Assembly (NCBI GenBank): GCA_025937895.1
Contig: JAICQL010000009.1
Span: 6,896 to 70,895 of the forward strand
DNA from: Polyangiaceae bacterium
GTDB lineage: Bacteria; Myxococcota_A; Polyangia; Polyangiales; Polyangiaceae
Reading direction: 5' to 3'
DNA: 64,000 nucleotides
Shown here: positions 26,061 to 35,975 of the stretch, piece by piece
Position numbering within the stretch: the stretch's first letter is position 1
Layout: every line of letters begins with the position of its first letter
Program-made: the position numbers and the translations under genes
Notes under the pieces: model-generated
The model's input: only the letters and a program-made list of their open reading frames with translations
Database searches by the model: none
Told to the model about the DNA's origin: nothing

Positions 26061-27467
26061 TCAGCGCTGCAACAGCCCGAAGTAGGCCAGCGCTCCCATG
26101 CCGAGCAGCAGGCAGCCCAGCGCGAGCGCCAACCACCAGCGCTGCGAGCGGAGCTCGAGCTCGGCCGGAGCAGCCGCCGCACGCTGCGCGCTGCGACGAG
26201 CTTCCAGCGCAAAGAGGGCCACCATGCCTGCGCCGGTCAAGGCCAGCAGAGCCGCGGCCACTCGCCGGCGCGCGAGCCGCGCTCGCTGCTCGCGCTGCAG
26301 CACGCCAGCAGTGCCATCGAGCAGCAGCTGATCCGCCACGTCAAAGGTGTGCACCACCTCGGGCGCCGCAGGGCGCCGCAAGCGCCAGCCCACCGCGCTC
26401 GGCGAACGCTTGTCGGGCTCGCTGGAGACCACCGCGTACAGCTCGCCGTCTCGTGCCAGCAGCTCCGCCTCCAGCGCTACCTTGGCGCTGGCGCCGCCCT
26501 CGGCATCGGGCTGCAGCGGGACGATGTAGCCCGCCAGTCGGTGCTGCTCGTTGACGATGCTGACGTAGGCCAGGTCGCGCGGGATGGGCGAGCGCACCAG
26601 CAGGCGCGAGCCGTCGAGCGCCGCGTGCAACGCCCCGGGCGTCACCGGCAGCGCGCCGAACCACTCGCCGCTGTCAGGGCTACCGGGCGCGCCAGGCGGG
26701 AGCGCGAGCGGCTCCGGCCCTTCGCTGGCCAGCACGTCGCGCGAGCCTGCCGTCCAGCGGGCGTGCAGCTGGAGCAGGATGGCGTGCTCCTGCGGGCGCA
26801 GCTCGAGCCGTAGCCAGCCTCGTTCGTCGCTGTGCAGCGCGGTGGCGGGAGTGACGAGCTCCCCGCCGCTGAGCTCCACCTGTAGCGCGGCACCCGCCAC
26901 CCGGCGATCGCCCAGCCGCGTGCCGCGCGGGCCATCGCTGACGGGGCCACGCGTGACCTCGACCCACAGCTCGCTGCTGAAGGGCACTGCCAGGGTGCCC
27001 TCCCCGGGCCACACGCCCAGCCACAGCGCTCCTTGCTGGCGCCCCGGCAACCAGCCGCCCTGGCGCCGCGCCTCACTGCGCCAGGTCTCCGTGTCGAGCG
27101 CGACGCTGCCCTCTGCCAGCAGCTCACCCGCGCTGGTCTCGACCCGCACCTGTGCTGGGCCGTGCAGCGGGGTTGCCAGCCGCACCCGCGCTTCGACCCG
27201 CCCTGCAAGGTCGGTGCTGCCCGTCCACTCTGCCTGCTCGGTGCCCGTGTCGACGAGCAGCCGCACGGCGAGCTCGGGGCTGGGCTCGCGCCGCTCGCCG
27301 GCGAGGCGCTGCACCGAGAGCTGCCACGCCAGCACCCTGGTGCCCAGAGTCGGACCTCCGACCACCCGCGCGATGCGCACCGGTGCAGGCCAGCCCGTGC
27401 TCAGCACGGCCCAGAGCACGATGCCGGCCGCCACCGCCGGCATCGCGAGCAAGAGCCGGCGCAGCAT
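26061..27467 (-). CDS. Hypothetical membrane protein (N- and C-terminal TM segments)
   Basis: This is internal ATG M37 (MLRRLLLAMPAVAAGIVLWAV...). GC3 is high. The C-terminus WWLALALGCLLLGMGALAYF is hydrophobic. Confidence 0.6.
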   Translation of the reverse strand: MLRRLLLAMPAVAAGIVLWAVLSTGWPAPVRIARVVGGPTLGTRVLAWQLSVQRLAGERREPSPELAVRLLVDTGTEQAEWTGSTDLAGRVEARVRLATPLHGPAQVRVETSAGELLAEGSVALDTETWRSEARRQGGWLPGRQQGALWLGVWPGEGTLAVPFSSELWVEVTRGPVSDGPRGTRLGDRRVAGAALQVELSGGELVTPATALHSDERGWLRLELRPQEHAILLQLHARWTAGSRDVLASEGPEPLALPPGAPGSPDSGEWFGALPVTPGALHAALDGSRLLVRSPIPRDLAYVSIVNEQHRLAGYIVPLQPDAEGGASAKVALEAELLARDGELYAVVSSEPDKRSPSAVGWRLRRPAAPEVVHTFDVADQLLLDGTAGVLQREQRARLARRRVAAALLALTGAGMVALFALEARRSAQRAAAAPAELELRSQRWWLALALGCLLLGMGALAYFGLLQR

Positions 27468-27546
27468 CGGGCTCCAGTCTATCACCGATGTGCCGTCGCC
27501 AAAGTTCCCTTTGGCCTGGAGCAGCGGAGCGGGATAAGCTCGCGCC

Positions 27547-28233
27547 GTGCCGCATGTGATCGAGCCCAATGCCAATGCCGGCGTCGAACGGCGCTTCGTC
27601 GCTCAACAGAGCTCGCGCCTGGGCCTGGGCCTGAGCGCGCTGGGCTGCGCGTCGCTCGGTGCGGGCGTGTTCGGCACGTGGCTCGCGAGCGAGCCGGTGT
27701 CGGGCGCGGGCTGGCTGCTCGGCGCGGGCGTGCTCGTGGCGGGTGCTGGTGCAGCGCTGCTGCTGAAGGAGCCGCCCAGCGTGCGCGTCGGGGCGCTCGG
27801 GGTCACACTCGGTGATCCGCGCGAGGCGCAGCACGTGCCCTGGTGTGAGCTCCAGCGCATCCACCTCGCCGGGGAAGAGCTGGTCCTGGAGACCGCGAAA
27901 GGTCCGCTGCGCCTCTCGCTGGCCAGCCAGGGGCGCGCGGCGGCGCGCATCGTGGCCGAAGCAGCGCAGCGCATCGGCTCCCGGCTGGAGCTGTCGCCCA
28001 AGGCGCACGAGCGCTTGCCGCCGTTGAGCGAGGCCGATGGCCAGATCGTGCCCGCCGCGCGGGTGCAGATCGCCGGCCGCAAGTGCCTGGCCAGCGGCGT
28101 TGCAATCACCTTCGAGAGCGACGCGCGCCTGTGTGAGCAGTGTGCGGCGCTCTATCACCGCCAGCACGTGCCGGCGGAGTGCAAGAGCTGCGGTTGCCAG
28201 CTGGTGGAAGCGCGCAGCGCCGCTGCGGTTTGA
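27547..28233 (+). CDS. Hypothetical membrane protein with a C-terminal Cys cluster
   Basis: 228 aa. It has two predicted TM segments and ends ...CEQCAALYHRQHVPAECKSCGC. Confidence 0.55.
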   Translation: MPHVIEPNANAGVERRFVAQQSSRLGLGLSALGCASLGAGVFGTWLASEPVSGAGWLLGAGVLVAGAGAALLLKEPPSVRVGALGVTLGDPREAQHVPWCELQRIHLAGEELVLETAKGPLRLSLASQGRAAARIVAEAAQRIGSRLELSPKAHERLPPLSEADGQIVPAARVQIAGRKCLASGVAITFESDARLCEQCAALYHRQHVPAECKSCGCQLVEARSAAAV

Positions 28234-28244
28234 GGGCGGGCCGG

Positions 28245-29255
28245 GTGCGAAGGGCGGCCTGCCTGCTGGCGCGTCGCTTCGTCTGGCTGCTGGCGCTCAC
28301 CCTGGCCACGGCTCCAGCCATCGCCGCGGAGCCCGGCCTCGGTACGCCCTCCGGGGTCGCACCCGACGCCAGCGAGATCGAGCTCTGGCCCGGTGTTGCA
28401 CCCGGCTCGGGCCAGCTCGCGTCGCTGCGCGAGAGCGTGACGGAGCGCAGCAAAGATCCCGAGCTGCGCGATCGCTACGTGGCCGGCGTGCTACGTCCCC
28501 GCCTGCTGGTGTTCCGGGCGCCCAGGCCGAACGGCACCGGGGTCATCATCGCGCCGGGCGGTGCGTACGTGCGCACGGTGCTGGACAAGGAGGGCTTCGA
28601 GACCGCGCGCTGGCTCGCTGCACGTGGGGTCAGCGCGTTCGTGCTGCTGTACCGCCTGCCGGGCGAGGGTCACGCGCAACGCGCCGACGTGCCCCTGCAG
28701 GACGCGCAGCGCGCCGTGCGGCTGGTGCGCGGGCGCGCTCGCGACTTTCAGCTCGATGCCCGGCGCATCGGAGTGCTGGGCTTCTCGGCGGGGGGGCACG
28801 TGGCTGCCAGCGTGGCCACGCGCTTCGACGCCAGGGTGTACCCTGCGCTGGACGCGCTCGACCGGAACAGCGCACGGCCCGATTTTTCCATCCTGCTTTA
28901 CCCCGTGCTCAGCATGGAGGAGAGCATCGGTCATGGCGGCTCGCGCCGGGCGCTCCTGGGCGAGGCACCGGGCGCCGCCGACATCGCCCGCTACTCGCTG
29001 CAGAACGCCGTGACGGCCGCGACCCCGCCCACGTTGCTGATCCTGACCGGAGACGACAGGGCGGTCTTGCCCGAAAACAGCCTGCGCTATCACGCCGCCC
29101 TGCAGCGCCATCACGTGCCCGCGGAGCTGCACATCTTCGCGCGCGGCGGGCACGGCTTCGGCATCCGTGGTGCGCAGGGCCTACCAGTCGGCAACTGGCC
29201 GGAGCTCGCGCGGGGCTGGCTCGCCGCGAGCGGGTTCTGGCCCGCCTCGCCCTGA
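28245..29255 (+). CDS. Secreted alpha/beta-hydrolase (esterase/lipase-like)
   Basis: An in-frame GTG start gives the signal peptide VRRAACLLARRFVWLLALTLATAPAIAA. The nucleophile elbow is GFSAGGH. Confidence 0.8.
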   Translation: MRRAACLLARRFVWLLALTLATAPAIAAEPGLGTPSGVAPDASEIELWPGVAPGSGQLASLRESVTERSKDPELRDRYVAGVLRPRLLVFRAPRPNGTGVIIAPGGAYVRTVLDKEGFETARWLAARGVSAFVLLYRLPGEGHAQRADVPLQDAQRAVRLVRGRARDFQLDARRIGVLGFSAGGHVAASVATRFDARVYPALDALDRNSARPDFSILLYPVLSMEESIGHGGSRRALLGEAPGAADIARYSLQNAVTAATPPTLLILTGDDRAVLPENSLRYHAALQRHHVPAELHIFARGGHGFGIRGAQGLPVGNWPELARGWLAASGFWPASP

Positions 29256-29261
29256 ATCGGC

Positions 29262-30185
29262 TCAGCGAGAGCCGGGGGGCGCTGCCTTCGAGCGCTGGCG
29301 CCGCCGCTGCGCGCCTGCGGGCTTGGTGGCGCGCGAGCGCTGCTCCAGCTCCGCGAAGGCGGCGGCGTAGCGCTTGCCAAATTCACGCAGGGCAGAGGCG
29401 TCGAAGTGCAGGTTGTCGGGCTTGCTGGTGAGCCCCTCCGCCGAGACGAAGGTGGTGAATGGCACCCGCGCTGCGACGTTGCGCTGAGCCTGATCCACGC
29501 GCCGCCCAGCGTCGTCCCAGGGAGCGCCTGCGAATTGCCCCAGCTGCCCCAGCACGAAGGGCACGCCGGGCGCCGCCAGATCGCGGCGGAAGCGGGCGAT
29601 CAGCTCGGTCAGCGCCGCCTCGTAGCGCTCGGCGAGCTCGGGGCTGCGGTCGCTCTCGCCCTGGTGCCAGAGGATGCCGCGCAAGGTGCCGCGCTTCAGC
29701 GCCCGGCGCGAGCGCGCCAGCGCGTCATCGTAGGGATGACTCTGGGTTTGATCGAAGTATTGCCCGGGCTGCCAGGACGCGATCGGTGAGCCGCCACACG
29801 CCGCCGGGATGAAGCCCACGGTCACCCCCGGGTGAGCGCGCAGATACTCCACCGCAAAGGAGCGAGCCAGCCCGGTGCCGGCGCCGGGCTTGTCCCAGTG
29901 CAGAGGATCGCTGGCGGGCACCCAGCGGCCCTCGCGATCGAGCGCGACCACCCCGGCGATCGGGGCTCGATCTTGCGGCTCGACGTCACCGCGCCCCGCC
30001 ATGTTCGACTGCCCCGCGAGCAGGAACAGGTGAAAGCGCTCGCGCGGTGGCAGCGGCACCTGCGCGCCATCGCTTGCGAGTGCGCGGCGCACGCCGGGCA
30101 CTGCGCCGAGCAGCGCCGCGAGCAAGGCTCCGAATGCTCCCGCGCGCCCGCGCTTGCTCCAGGTCGCTCTCCAGCTGCTCGGCAT
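29262..30185 (-). CDS. SASA/DUF303-family carbohydrate (sialate-type) O-acetylesterase
   Basis: LLAGQSNMAGRG ... ILWHQGESD; signal peptide present. Confidence 0.8.
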   Translation of the reverse strand: MPSSWRATWSKRGRAGAFGALLAALLGAVPGVRRALASDGAQVPLPPRERFHLFLLAGQSNMAGRGDVEPQDRAPIAGVVALDREGRWVPASDPLHWDKPGAGTGLARSFAVEYLRAHPGVTVGFIPAACGGSPIASWQPGQYFDQTQSHPYDDALARSRRALKRGTLRGILWHQGESDRSPELAERYEAALTELIARFRRDLAAPGVPFVLGQLGQFAGAPWDDAGRRVDQAQRNVAARVPFTTFVSAEGLTSKPDNLHFDASALREFGKRYAAAFAELEQRSRATKPAGAQRRRQRSKAAPPGSR

Positions 30186-30193
30186 GGCTCTGC

Positions 30194-31843
30194 TCAGACG
30201 CGACTGATGCGCACGGAAATGTGAGGCCTGCGCCCGATCAGGCGCTCGAATCTCCAGCCCAGGAACTTCTCCAGCTCGTCGGCCATGTCGCGGCCGCGGC
30301 GCAGCCAGATCTTTGACTGGCTCTGCAGCAGCTTCTCCGTCTCGCGGGTGAGCTCGAGCTTGGCGCCGTCTTCGTCCAGGGTGGCGACGCCCCAGGTGGA
30401 GAGCAGCGGGGAGGTGCGCAGGCGGCCATCATTGTCGAGCACGACGTGCAGCTCGGCGATGCCGCGCTGGCCGAGCACGGCGCGCTGGCGCAGCACCTCG
30501 CCGCTCAGCGGCTCGCTGCCCAGATCGATGAAGATGCGCCCGCTGTGCACGCGGCCCTGGCGCTCCAGACTGCCCTCGCGCAGGCCCGCGACCTGGCCAT
30601 TCTCGATCACCAGCACCTGCGGCACGCCACACTCCTGCGCCAGGCGCGCGTGATTGTGCAGGTGGTGGCGCGCGCCGTGCACGGGGATGAAACAGCGCGG
30701 CCGCACCAGCTCGATCATGTGGCGCAGCTCCAGCCAGTTGGCGTGACCGCTGGTGTGCACGTCGCGATCGGTGAGGTGGCTGTGCAGGTCGACGTTCAGG
30801 CGTAATAGATCGCTGAGCATGCGCGAGACGCGCCGATCATTGCCCGGGATGACCCGGCTGGAGAGGATGACGCGATCCCCCGGGTCGAGCTGCAGCACCG
30901 GGTGCGCGGCCTCGGCCAGGCGTGACAGCGCGGAGCCCGCCTCCGCCTGAGTGCCGCCAGCGAGCACCAGGGTGTTGTTGCGCGGGCAGGTCGCCAGCTC
31001 TTCACTGCTGAGCCGGTGCTCGAGGTTCCAGGCGAGGTGACCCAGATCATGCGCGGTGTCCACGTGGGTGCGCAGGCTGCGACCGAGCAAGGCGATACGG
31101 CGCCCCGCCTTCTTGGCGATCTGCCCCAGGCTGATCAGGCGCTGCACGTTGCTGGAGAACAAACCCACGACCACGCGCTCGCGCGCGCCGCAGATCAGCT
31201 CCTCCAGGGTGTCGGCCACCCCGCTCTCGGAGCCCGCGGGGCTGCGGTTGTCGACGTTCGTGCTGTCACTCAGCAACAGATCCACGCCCGCCGCACCCAG
31301 CTCCAGCAGCCGCTCCTCATCCGTCGGCTCACCGTCGGGCGGGCAGGGGTCGAACTTGAAGTCGCCGCTGTGCAGCACGCTGCCCGCCGGGGTCTGCACG
31401 AACAGCGCCGTCGCCTCGATGATGGAGTGCGAAACCCGCACCGGCTCCACCTGGAACGAGCCGATCGAATAGCGCTGGCGCGGCAGCACGGGGCGAAAGT
31501 CCACCTTCAGCGCCCGCTCGTCCCCCACGCGGTCACGCACGCGGCGCAGCGCCAGCTTCAGCGCGTGTGCCGGCCCCCACACGGGCACGTTCAAGCGCGA
31601 GAGCAGGAAGGGCAGCGCGCCGATGTGATCTTCATGTCCGTGGGTCAGGAAGACGCCGCGCACCTTCTCGGCCCGCTCCAGCAGATAGCTGAAGTCGGGG
31701 TGCAGCAGGTCGACCCCGTAGTTGTCTTCCGGAAAGGTGATCCCGCAGTCGATGACGAGCAGGTCCTCGTCCGTCTCCAGCGCGAGGCAGTTCATGCCCA
31801 CCTCGCCCAGACCGCCGAGCGGCACGACGCGCAGCGTTTTCAC
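30194..31843 (-). CDS. rnj: Ribonuclease J
   Basis: MKTLRVVPLGGLGEVGMNCLALE...FLTHGHEDHIGALP (metallo-beta-lactamase/beta-CASP). Confidence 0.9.
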   Translation of the reverse strand: MKTLRVVPLGGLGEVGMNCLALETDEDLLVIDCGITFPEDNYGVDLLHPDFSYLLERAEKVRGVFLTHGHEDHIGALPFLLSRLNVPVWGPAHALKLALRRVRDRVGDERALKVDFRPVLPRQRYSIGSFQVEPVRVSHSIIEATALFVQTPAGSVLHSGDFKFDPCPPDGEPTDEERLLELGAAGVDLLLSDSTNVDNRSPAGSESGVADTLEELICGARERVVVGLFSSNVQRLISLGQIAKKAGRRIALLGRSLRTHVDTAHDLGHLAWNLEHRLSSEELATCPRNNTLVLAGGTQAEAGSALSRLAEAAHPVLQLDPGDRVILSSRVIPGNDRRVSRMLSDLLRLNVDLHSHLTDRDVHTSGHANWLELRHMIELVRPRCFIPVHGARHHLHNHARLAQECGVPQVLVIENGQVAGLREGSLERQGRVHSGRIFIDLGSEPLSGEVLRQRAVLGQRGIAELHVVLDNDGRLRTSPLLSTWGVATLDEDGAKLELTRETEKLLQSQSKIWLRRGRDMADELEKFLGWRFERLIGRRPHISVRISRV

Positions 31844-31892
31844 CGCCGAACCGCCTCGACAATGGTATGGACGCGATCGGGAAAATTGGAAC

Positions 31893-32411
31893 GTGGCTGT
31901 GTCTGAGGCGGTTTCAAACGTGCTGCTCGTCTCGCCGAACGAAGCTCGGGAACTGCTGTCGAGAGGGTATACCTACCTGGACGTGCGGAGCGAACCCGAA
32001 TTTGTGCTCGGCCGGCCCGCGCTGATCGAGGCCGGGGTGCTCCGCAATGTAGCCTGGAATGTGCCGTGGCAACGCGTGGAAGGCGACCGGCTGGTAAGCA
32101 ATCCGGACTTCCTGCGCGTGATCTCGGCCTGCTTTGGCGAGGACCAGCCACTGATTGTTGGCTGTCGTTCGGGGAGCCGTTCGCGAGCTGCCATTGCAGC
32201 TCTGCAAGGAATGGGGTTCCGGCAGCTGGCGCAACTGCGCCACGGTTTCGAGGGTGCGCGGGACGCTTTCGGTAGAGTGTTGCCGGGTTGGCGGCAGAGC
32301 GGCCTGGAGATCGAGACGGGTGAGCCAGCGCCGGAGCGCAGCTACGCCGCGCTGTATGCTCGTTTGCCTGCGGGCGCGAATGCAGGCACGCAGCAAGGGC
32401 CGCGCGGCTAG
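31893..32411 (+). CDS. Rhodanese-domain sulfurtransferase
   Basis: GTG start, in frame with ORF 31722..32411 and beyond the rnj start. The active-site loop is VGCRSGSRS. Confidence 0.75.
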   Translation: MAVSEAVSNVLLVSPNEARELLSRGYTYLDVRSEPEFVLGRPALIEAGVLRNVAWNVPWQRVEGDRLVSNPDFLRVISACFGEDQPLIVGCRSGSRSRAAIAALQGMGFRQLAQLRHGFEGARDAFGRVLPGWRQSGLEIETGEPAPERSYAALYARLPAGANAGTQQGPRG

Positions 32412-32448
32412 TCCGGGCGCGTAGGCAAAGCGAGGAGTAGCTGCGTCG

Positions 32449-33210
32449 ATGTGGGACGGTGCGCGCGTGGCGGTGATTGTGCCCGCTTATCAGGAGGAGC
32501 GCATCATCGGGCGCATGCTGCGCAAATTGCCGCCATACCTGGATCACATCTACGTGGTGGATGACGCGAGTCGGGACGCCACAGCTGCGCGCGCAGCCGC
32601 CGTCAGTGATGACCGCGTGCAAGTGCTGCGGCACGCCGAGAACCGCGGGGTGGGCGCCGCCATCGCCACCGGCTATCTGCAAGCGCTCGCCGACGGGGCC
32701 GAGCTGCTGGTGGTGATGGCCGCCGATGATCAGATGGATCCAGTGGATCTGCCCGCGCTGCTCGCGCGCGTCTGGCATGGCGGTGCCGACTACGCCAAGG
32801 GCAATCGCTTCTTGCACCCTCGAGCCCATCACATGCCCGTGCTCAGGCGTCTGGGCAGCCGCGTGCTGTCACAGCTGACACGCTGGGCCACCTCGCTGCC
32901 GGTCGACGACTGTCAGTGCGGTTACACGGTGCTCTCGGCGCGCGCGGCACGGCGCTTGCCGCTCGCCGAGCTCTGGCCGCGTTATGGCTATCCCAATGAT
33001 CTGCTCGGCATGCTGGCAGAGGCCGGCTGCCGGGTGGTGGAGGAGCCAGTGCGGCCTGTGTATGCAGATGAGCAGAGCGGCCTGCGTGCTCGTCACATGC
33101 TGGTGGTGAGCGCCGTCATCGCCCGCCGCTGGTGGCGTACGCGGCGCTCGGAGCTCGGGCGCAGGCGCGGGCTTGGCTCGCGTTCGCTGGTGGGGCGTGA
33201 GCGGGGCTGA
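32449..33210 (+). CDS. GT2-family glycosyltransferase
   Basis: VAVIVPAYQEERIIGRML...VVDDASRDAT...NRGVGAAIATG. Confidence 0.85.
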   Translation: MWDGARVAVIVPAYQEERIIGRMLRKLPPYLDHIYVVDDASRDATAARAAAVSDDRVQVLRHAENRGVGAAIATGYLQALADGAELLVVMAADDQMDPVDLPALLARVWHGGADYAKGNRFLHPRAHHMPVLRRLGSRVLSQLTRWATSLPVDDCQCGYTVLSARAARRLPLAELWPRYGYPNDLLGMLAEAGCRVVEEPVRPVYADEQSGLRARHMLVVSAVIARRWWRTRRSELGRRRGLGSRSLVGRERG

Positions 33211-33237
33211 GCTAGAGCGGGCGCAGGGCTCGAGCTA

Positions 33238-34188
33238 ATGCACGCGGACATGTCGCTGGCCGAGGTCTCTGTCGGGCGCCTGGCTCCCAGCCCTAGCGGT
33301 CGCTTGCACCTGGGGCACGCTCGCACGTTTGCGCTGGCCTGGGCTCACGCGCGCAGCCGTTCGGGGCAGCTGCGCTTGCGTCTGGAGGATCTCGATCGCG
33401 AGCGCTCTCGTCCCGAGCACGTGCAGCGCATCTTCCGGGATCTGGAGTGGCTCGGCCTGGACTGGGATGGAGAGCCGCTCTATCAATCGCAGCGCCTCGA
33501 TGTGCTGCGTGAGGCGGCCGCCCGTTTGGAGCGCGATGGTGTGGCATACCGCTGCATCTGCAGCAGGGCCGAGCTGGAGCGAGCGGCGCAGGCTCCGCAG
33601 CGCGGTGTGAGTGAATGGCGTTACCCAGGCACGTGTCGCGAGCGCGGGGTGCAGCACCAGGGAGCGTTGCGCTTTCGTGTCCCTGAAGGGCCCATTGCGT
33701 TCGTGGATGGCCTGGCGGGGCCACAGCAGGTGGACGTGAGCGCCGAGGTGGGAGACTTCGTGATCCTGAGCCGAAACGGCGTGCCGGCGTATCAGCTGGC
33801 GGTCGTGGTGGACGACGCCGAGCAAGGTGTGACCGAAGTATTTCGAGGTGACGACCTGCTCACCAGCACGGCGCGCCAGCTGCTGCTACAGCGTGCGCTG
33901 GGGCTGTCGGCGCCGCGCTGGTTTCATGCGCCGCTGGTGCTCGATGCGAGCGGGCGCAGGCTGGCCAAGCGCGCCGATGACTTGAGCCTGGAAGCGCTGC
34001 GCGAGGCCGGCGTCGACGCGCGCGCCATCCTGGGCTGGGTGGGCAGGAGCGCGGGCCTGAGCGCGCTAGCGCAGCTCACCACCCCTGCCGAGCTGGTGAG
34101 TGCGTACGATCCGACGCACCTAGGTCGCGAGCCGACCGTGCTCTCTGCAGCGGACATCGCTGCCATGCTCGCGCTGCGCGTGCGCTGA
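33238..34188 (+). CDS. gluQ: Glutamyl-Q tRNA(Asp) synthetase-like (truncated GluRS paralog)
   Basis: GRLAPSPSGRLHLGHARTF...; 316 aa with no anticodon-binding domain. Confidence 0.8.
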   Translation: MHADMSLAEVSVGRLAPSPSGRLHLGHARTFALAWAHARSRSGQLRLRLEDLDRERSRPEHVQRIFRDLEWLGLDWDGEPLYQSQRLDVLREAAARLERDGVAYRCICSRAELERAAQAPQRGVSEWRYPGTCRERGVQHQGALRFRVPEGPIAFVDGLAGPQQVDVSAEVGDFVILSRNGVPAYQLAVVVDDAEQGVTEVFRGDDLLTSTARQLLLQRALGLSAPRWFHAPLVLDASGRRLAKRADDLSLEALREAGVDARAILGWVGRSAGLSALAQLTTPAELVSAYDPTHLGREPTVLSAADIAAMLALRVR

Positions 34189-34427
34189 TGTGAGCGCAGC
34201 GATCTGTGCGCTGGTGCTTGACGGAATGCGCGCGATGAATATCTTTGCGCGCTCTGGATGATGTGATCGAATCGCGTGCGGCGTTGATTCGATCTTCGTT
34301 GGCGTTATCTTTCAATGGCTCTATCTAAAAGGCGTTGGAAGAGCGCGCTGGTACCCGCGCTGCGCTCCGCAGCAAGCGGCAGGAGACTCGAGGGCGAGTG
34401 ACTCAGAAATTCGAATGGCGTAGCTCG

Positions 34428-34856
34428 ATGAGCTTGCGCACGACGCCGGCCGGAAAAGGCCTCTTTGCGCGGAAAACGTTTCGCAAGCGTCAGGCCATCG
34501 GCCACATGAGGGGCCGGCTCATCACGAGCGATGACTACGATCCCGACTATGTCGTGGATATGGGGGAGCTGGGGGTGCTCGATCCCCAGGCGCCGTTCCG
34601 CTACTTGAACCATAGCTGCGAGCCGAACTGTGAGCTGCTGGAGTGGCAAACGCCGGACATGAGCACGCCTCAGATCTGGGTGCATGCCATCCGCACGGTG
34701 CGGCCGAGCGAACAGCTGACGATCGACTATGGCTGGCCCGCGGAGTCCGCCATCCCCTGCCTGTGTGGGAGCCCGACCTGCCGCGGCTGGGTCGTCGATC
34801 AATCGGAGCTCGCGCGCGTGCGGCGGCGCAAGGCGCGAGCGCCTCGTCGCAGCTGA
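34428..34856 (+). CDS. SET-domain protein (putative protein lysine methyltransferase)
   Basis: GKGLFARKTFRKRQAI...RYLNHSCEPNCEL...LTIDYG...CLCGSPTCRG (post-SET Cys motif). Confidence 0.8.
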   Translation: MSLRTTPAGKGLFARKTFRKRQAIGHMRGRLITSDDYDPDYVVDMGELGVLDPQAPFRYLNHSCEPNCELLEWQTPDMSTPQIWVHAIRTVRPSEQLTIDYGWPAESAIPCLCGSPTCRGWVVDQSELARVRRRKARAPRRS

Positions 34857-35975
34857 CGGTCAGCGGGCACACTCCTCACAGCGCGCGAATGTGCCGAGTT
34901 GGTGATGACCCGGTGTCTCCAATCGAGCCGTACACAACTGGTACGGTGTCTTTATAGAGCTGATCGGTAAGCCTCGGGTCGGTTGCCGCGCTGCGTGCAC
35001 CCGAGCGTGAGCGCCCTCTGTCGTGAGCGCGTACGGCACGTGCGCGCAGAGTCGTTTCGCTTCGGGAGTGTTTCGAAAGCGGCCTTCACCCGGCGCTGCG
35101 CGCAAAGCTGCGTGGCGCGCCGGGATGCGGGTCATGGTGCATGCGCGCCGAACGGCGGCGCGTGAACGGCGACTGACGGGTGGCCGAGTGGTGGCCGGGT
35201 GGTGACGGAGCGGTAACTCAGCGCCGGGCGCCTGCCAGTGCACGACGGCCTGCGCCGACTCGACGAACGCGAGAGCGTGTCTGCCCCCGCCAGGGCTGCG
35301 CCGTACATGCTTCGCGCGGAGCTGCTCGTGCCACGGCGCGCGCGGCTTCACCACGTTTGCACGGCGTTTTCTGGAGCCGCGCGGGCGCGGGTCGTGGCCG
35401 TTGCCCGAGGTGTGACGTGTGCAGCACCCTGCGCGCGAGCGGCGACGGAGGGTGCCCGGCGGTTACCGGCGCGCGCACACGCGCGTGGCGAAGCGCAGCA
35501 CTGCCGAGCAGGTGGCAGCCGAGCGCGGGCGAAGTGAGCGGGCAGGCCTGTTTAGACCACTCGGGCACGCCGTAAGTGACAACGGCGCCATGGATCAGCG
35601 TTCGCAATCTGAGTTGCGAAGATCAAAGACGCCCGTACTATTGAGTAGAGGGGCACGGGATCGGATGGGAGCATTCGTGCTGGGGCTGCCTGCTGGGGCT
35701 GCCTTCAGTGCGGGCATGGGCCCACTGCGAGCCAGGTGTCAAACGGGGGTAATCATTCGTCTATCTATGCGACACAGCCTGACCTTGCGGGTGGGAGCGG
35801 CGCGCCGGAGCAGCGCCTGTGCCGGGCCACTGGGAAACGAGCACGGCTGTTTCCAGTATTGGGGAATTTGTGTAAGCGAGCCGGGGGCTGGTCAGCGAAG
35901 CGCCGGGATTTCGCATGAGCCAAGGGGACGCGGCGCCGCTCAGTTGGGGCAGGGCATCGCTCGAGGGATGAGCAT

